From positions 1 to 53,713 of the IMG/VR virus record IMGVR_UViG_3300036852_000233: a stretch of 53,713 bases of DNA; one strand, given 5' to 3'. Positions 51,873 through 53,713 of this stretch are shown piece after piece. Source of the stretch: a virus. Lineage: Duplodnaviria > Caudoviricetes. Position 1 is the stretch's first letter. Each line of letters begins with the position of its first letter. The notes under the pieces were generated by a model that was not told where the DNA came from, did not search any database, and saw only the letters and a program-made list of their open reading frames with translations. Made by a program: the position numbers and the translations under genes.

Positions 51873-53420
51873 CTAGATCGCCCCGACCGTCACATCGGAC
51901 GGGCCAAGCTCCATCCCGTAGGTCCGATAACCCCAGTGCGCCAAGTCCACCGCCTCGGCCGGACTCTGATCCACCGAGACCCTCCGGTCCAACCGCCACG
52001 AATCCCCAAGCGGGTACTTCTGCGCCGCCGCAAGCGCCGCCCGCAACGGCCGCTGGCTCTCAACGTCCCCAAGATGACGCAGCGTCCGCGAGTCGACGAT
52101 CGCGTCGTAGAACTGCGCCCACGACTGCGCCACCTCCCGCGCGGTCGGCGTCTCGATCCGCAGCCCCTCGTTCCGCAGCTCCTCGACCAGCGACCCAGCG
52201 GGACTGCCAGCGTCCACCACGGTCGCGCACGGATCCCACTGCCGGTCGAGTTCCACCAGCCGGTCCTTCACCCATGAGGTCCCCGGGCGGTACTCGAGCA
52301 GCTCCACGAACGTGGTCCCATCCCCACGGCCACCCGACACCGCAATCGACGTTTTCCGGGCCTCTGGATGCACCGCCACCGCGAACGCGACCGGATCCTC
52401 GAGCTCGGAGTCGTTGTCAGCCAACGCGTCCCAGGAGAGCTTGGGGATGACTGCCCACGCGTCTGCCCCATCGGACAGGTCCGGCCAGTCACCGATCCCG
52501 AGCCGCTCCACCTCGAAATCCGTCGGGTCCAGCGCGCCCAGCTCCGTCTCGATGAACTCGTCGCTGATCCGGATACCCCGCGCCGGGTTCGCCATCGCCC
52601 ACGCCCGCCGGTCTGTCCGCAACGCGGCCAACTCGTCCGGCTTCAGATCCTCCCGATCTCCCGCCGACCACTCCAGGTACACCAACCGCGGACTTCCCGT
52701 CTTCCCACGTGCCCGCAGCCTTGCCAACACTCGCGCGTTGTTGTCTTTCACTTGGTTCGGCGGCGTGGAGGTGTACCACAGCTGCGGGTTCGGCTGCGCC
52801 GACATCGTCGGAAGCAACGCCGCCATCGACGCGTCCGCAAGCTCGAACGCCTCGTCCAGGATCACGACCCGGCCGGTGAACCCCCGGGCACTCACACGGG
52901 AACGCGCCAGGAACCGAAGCCGCGGCGCCACACTGCGGCGGACCTTCCGGCCACCAGCGCCGAAGATGATCGTCGGGGTCGCGCGGAGTTCGATGCCCTC
53001 CTCACCGTGCGACCGGTTGATCCGTTTCACCCTGCGGGAGAACTCGTCGTAGTTGGTGATCGGGGCCAACAGCCGCAGGAACGCCTCAGCGGCGGTCTTC
53101 ACCTCGTGTGCGGTGTGCAGGATCAACGGCTCGTTCAGCAGATACAGGCCGCCAAGCTCACGAGCCTCGACGATGACCCCTTTCCCGTTCTGCCGGGCAA
53201 CAACCAACCCGACCTCGGGCGCCGCCCAGTCGCCATCCTCCCGCTCGCCCAGCCCGTCGTCGAGCGCATCCGCCTCCCACGGGTCCAGCACCAGCCCAGC
53301 CTGCGCGGCCAGCTCCCGAACCTCAGGGCCAGCCGACGACACGTACGGTGGAACGCAGCGGATCCTAGGCGCTACCACGCCTGGCGGCGCGTCGAGCAGT
53401 GAGGTCATCAATCCCGTCAC
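51873..53420 (-). CDS. terL: Terminase large subunit
   Basis: VARQNGKG, LHTAH, RGF....ILDEA, YTST. Confidence 0.92.
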   Translation of the reverse strand: MTGLMTSLLDAPPGVVAPRIRCVPPYVSSAGPEVRELAAQAGLVLDPWEADALDDGLGEREDGDWAAPEVGLVVARQNGKGVIVEARELGGLYLLNEPLILHTAHEVKTAAEAFLRLLAPITNYDEFSRRVKRINRSHGEEGIELRATPTIIFGAGGRKVRRSVAPRLRFLARSRVSARGFTGRVVILDEAFELADASMAALLPTMSAQPNPQLWYTSTPPNQVKDNNARVLARLRARGKTGSPRLVYLEWSAGDREDLKPDELAALRTDRRAWAMANPARGIRISDEFIETELGALDPTDFEVERLGIGDWPDLSDGADAWAVIPKLSWDALADNDSELEDPVAFAVAVHPEARKTSIAVSGGRGDGTTFVELLEYRPGTSWVKDRLVELDRQWDPCATVVDAGSPAGSLVEELRNEGLRIETPTAREVAQSWAQFYDAIVDSRTLRHLGDVESQRPLRAALAAAQKYPLGDSWRLDRRVSVDQSPAEAVDLAHWGYRTYGMELGPSDVTVGAI

Positions 53421-53637
53421 CCTCCGGCTTCGACGCCTTCGCCTCCGCCCGCAGGTCAGCCATCAGCAGCCGATGTTGCGCCGCTGCGGCCGCCGCGGCT
53501 ACCGCGCCACGGGCCCGGTCGATCTGGCTGGCAAGCGCCACCGCCAACGCGGCCGTGGCCGAGTCCTGGACCGAGATCTTCAGCCGGCGCAGCTCCGCCC
53601 GTGTGGCCTTCTCGACCCGCCCAGCAGTCTCACTCAT
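53365..53637 (-). CDS. terS: Terminase small subunit
   Basis: Overlaps terL start; ALA..LA..ID...IDDL.ARR.AR pattern. Confidence 0.7.
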   Translation of the reverse strand: MSETAGRVEKATRAELRRLKISVQDSATAALAVALASQIDRARGAVAAAAAAAQHRLLMADLRAEAKASKPEGDGIDDLTARRAARRGSA

Positions 53638-53713
53638 GCTCGCATCCCATTAGCACCACTGATAACCGGGGGCTGGGTGCAACCCCTAAGTTGCGCGTGG
53701 GGGGAGAAATGGC

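Noticed and set aside
53692-53713. 22-bp end repeat as a biological terminal repeat or att site
   Set aside because: Length and exact end placement fit an assembler overlap of a circular contig; no host genes flank it
1-53713. A phage-encoded TnpB/TnpA, Cas protein or reverse transcriptase (DGR/retron)
   Set aside because: No ORF shows RuvC plus Zn-finger TnpB motifs, HUH-Y1 motifs or a YxDD RT context; a highly diverged protein cannot be excluded without HMM searches

Overview
Apparently complete, circularly assembled genome (about 53.7 kb; the first and last 22 nt are identical) of a high-GC temperate actinobacterial siphovirus. The minus strand carries terminase, portal, HK97-type protease and capsid, a SAM methyltransferase plus glycosyltransferase pair, a block of extra virion proteins, tail genes, a lysis cassette and a long early operon (ParB-MTase, WhiB, exonuclease, AAA helicase with internal iterons, CoiA-like nuclease, packaging HNH). 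The plus strand carries a repressor, C5-MTase-like gene and tyrosine recombinase, plus several inverted accessory cassettes. The most notable signal is two diverged but structurally co-varying ~185-200 bp cassettes (21286-21482, 36296-36477). Each has a PafBC/RecA-NDp-type promoter fused to a TnpB omega-RNA-like scaffold ending GGATGTCAA, with a different 3' flank (putative guide), and I see no tnpA/tnpB in the genome. Other oddities: tail genes with apparent ATC starts, a tape-measure 5' end out of frame at a hairpin/T-run beside an HNH gene, low-GC3 recoded patches, and single small genes bracketed by direct repeats of the stop/RBS junction. All calls come from reading motifs by eye; no database search was run.
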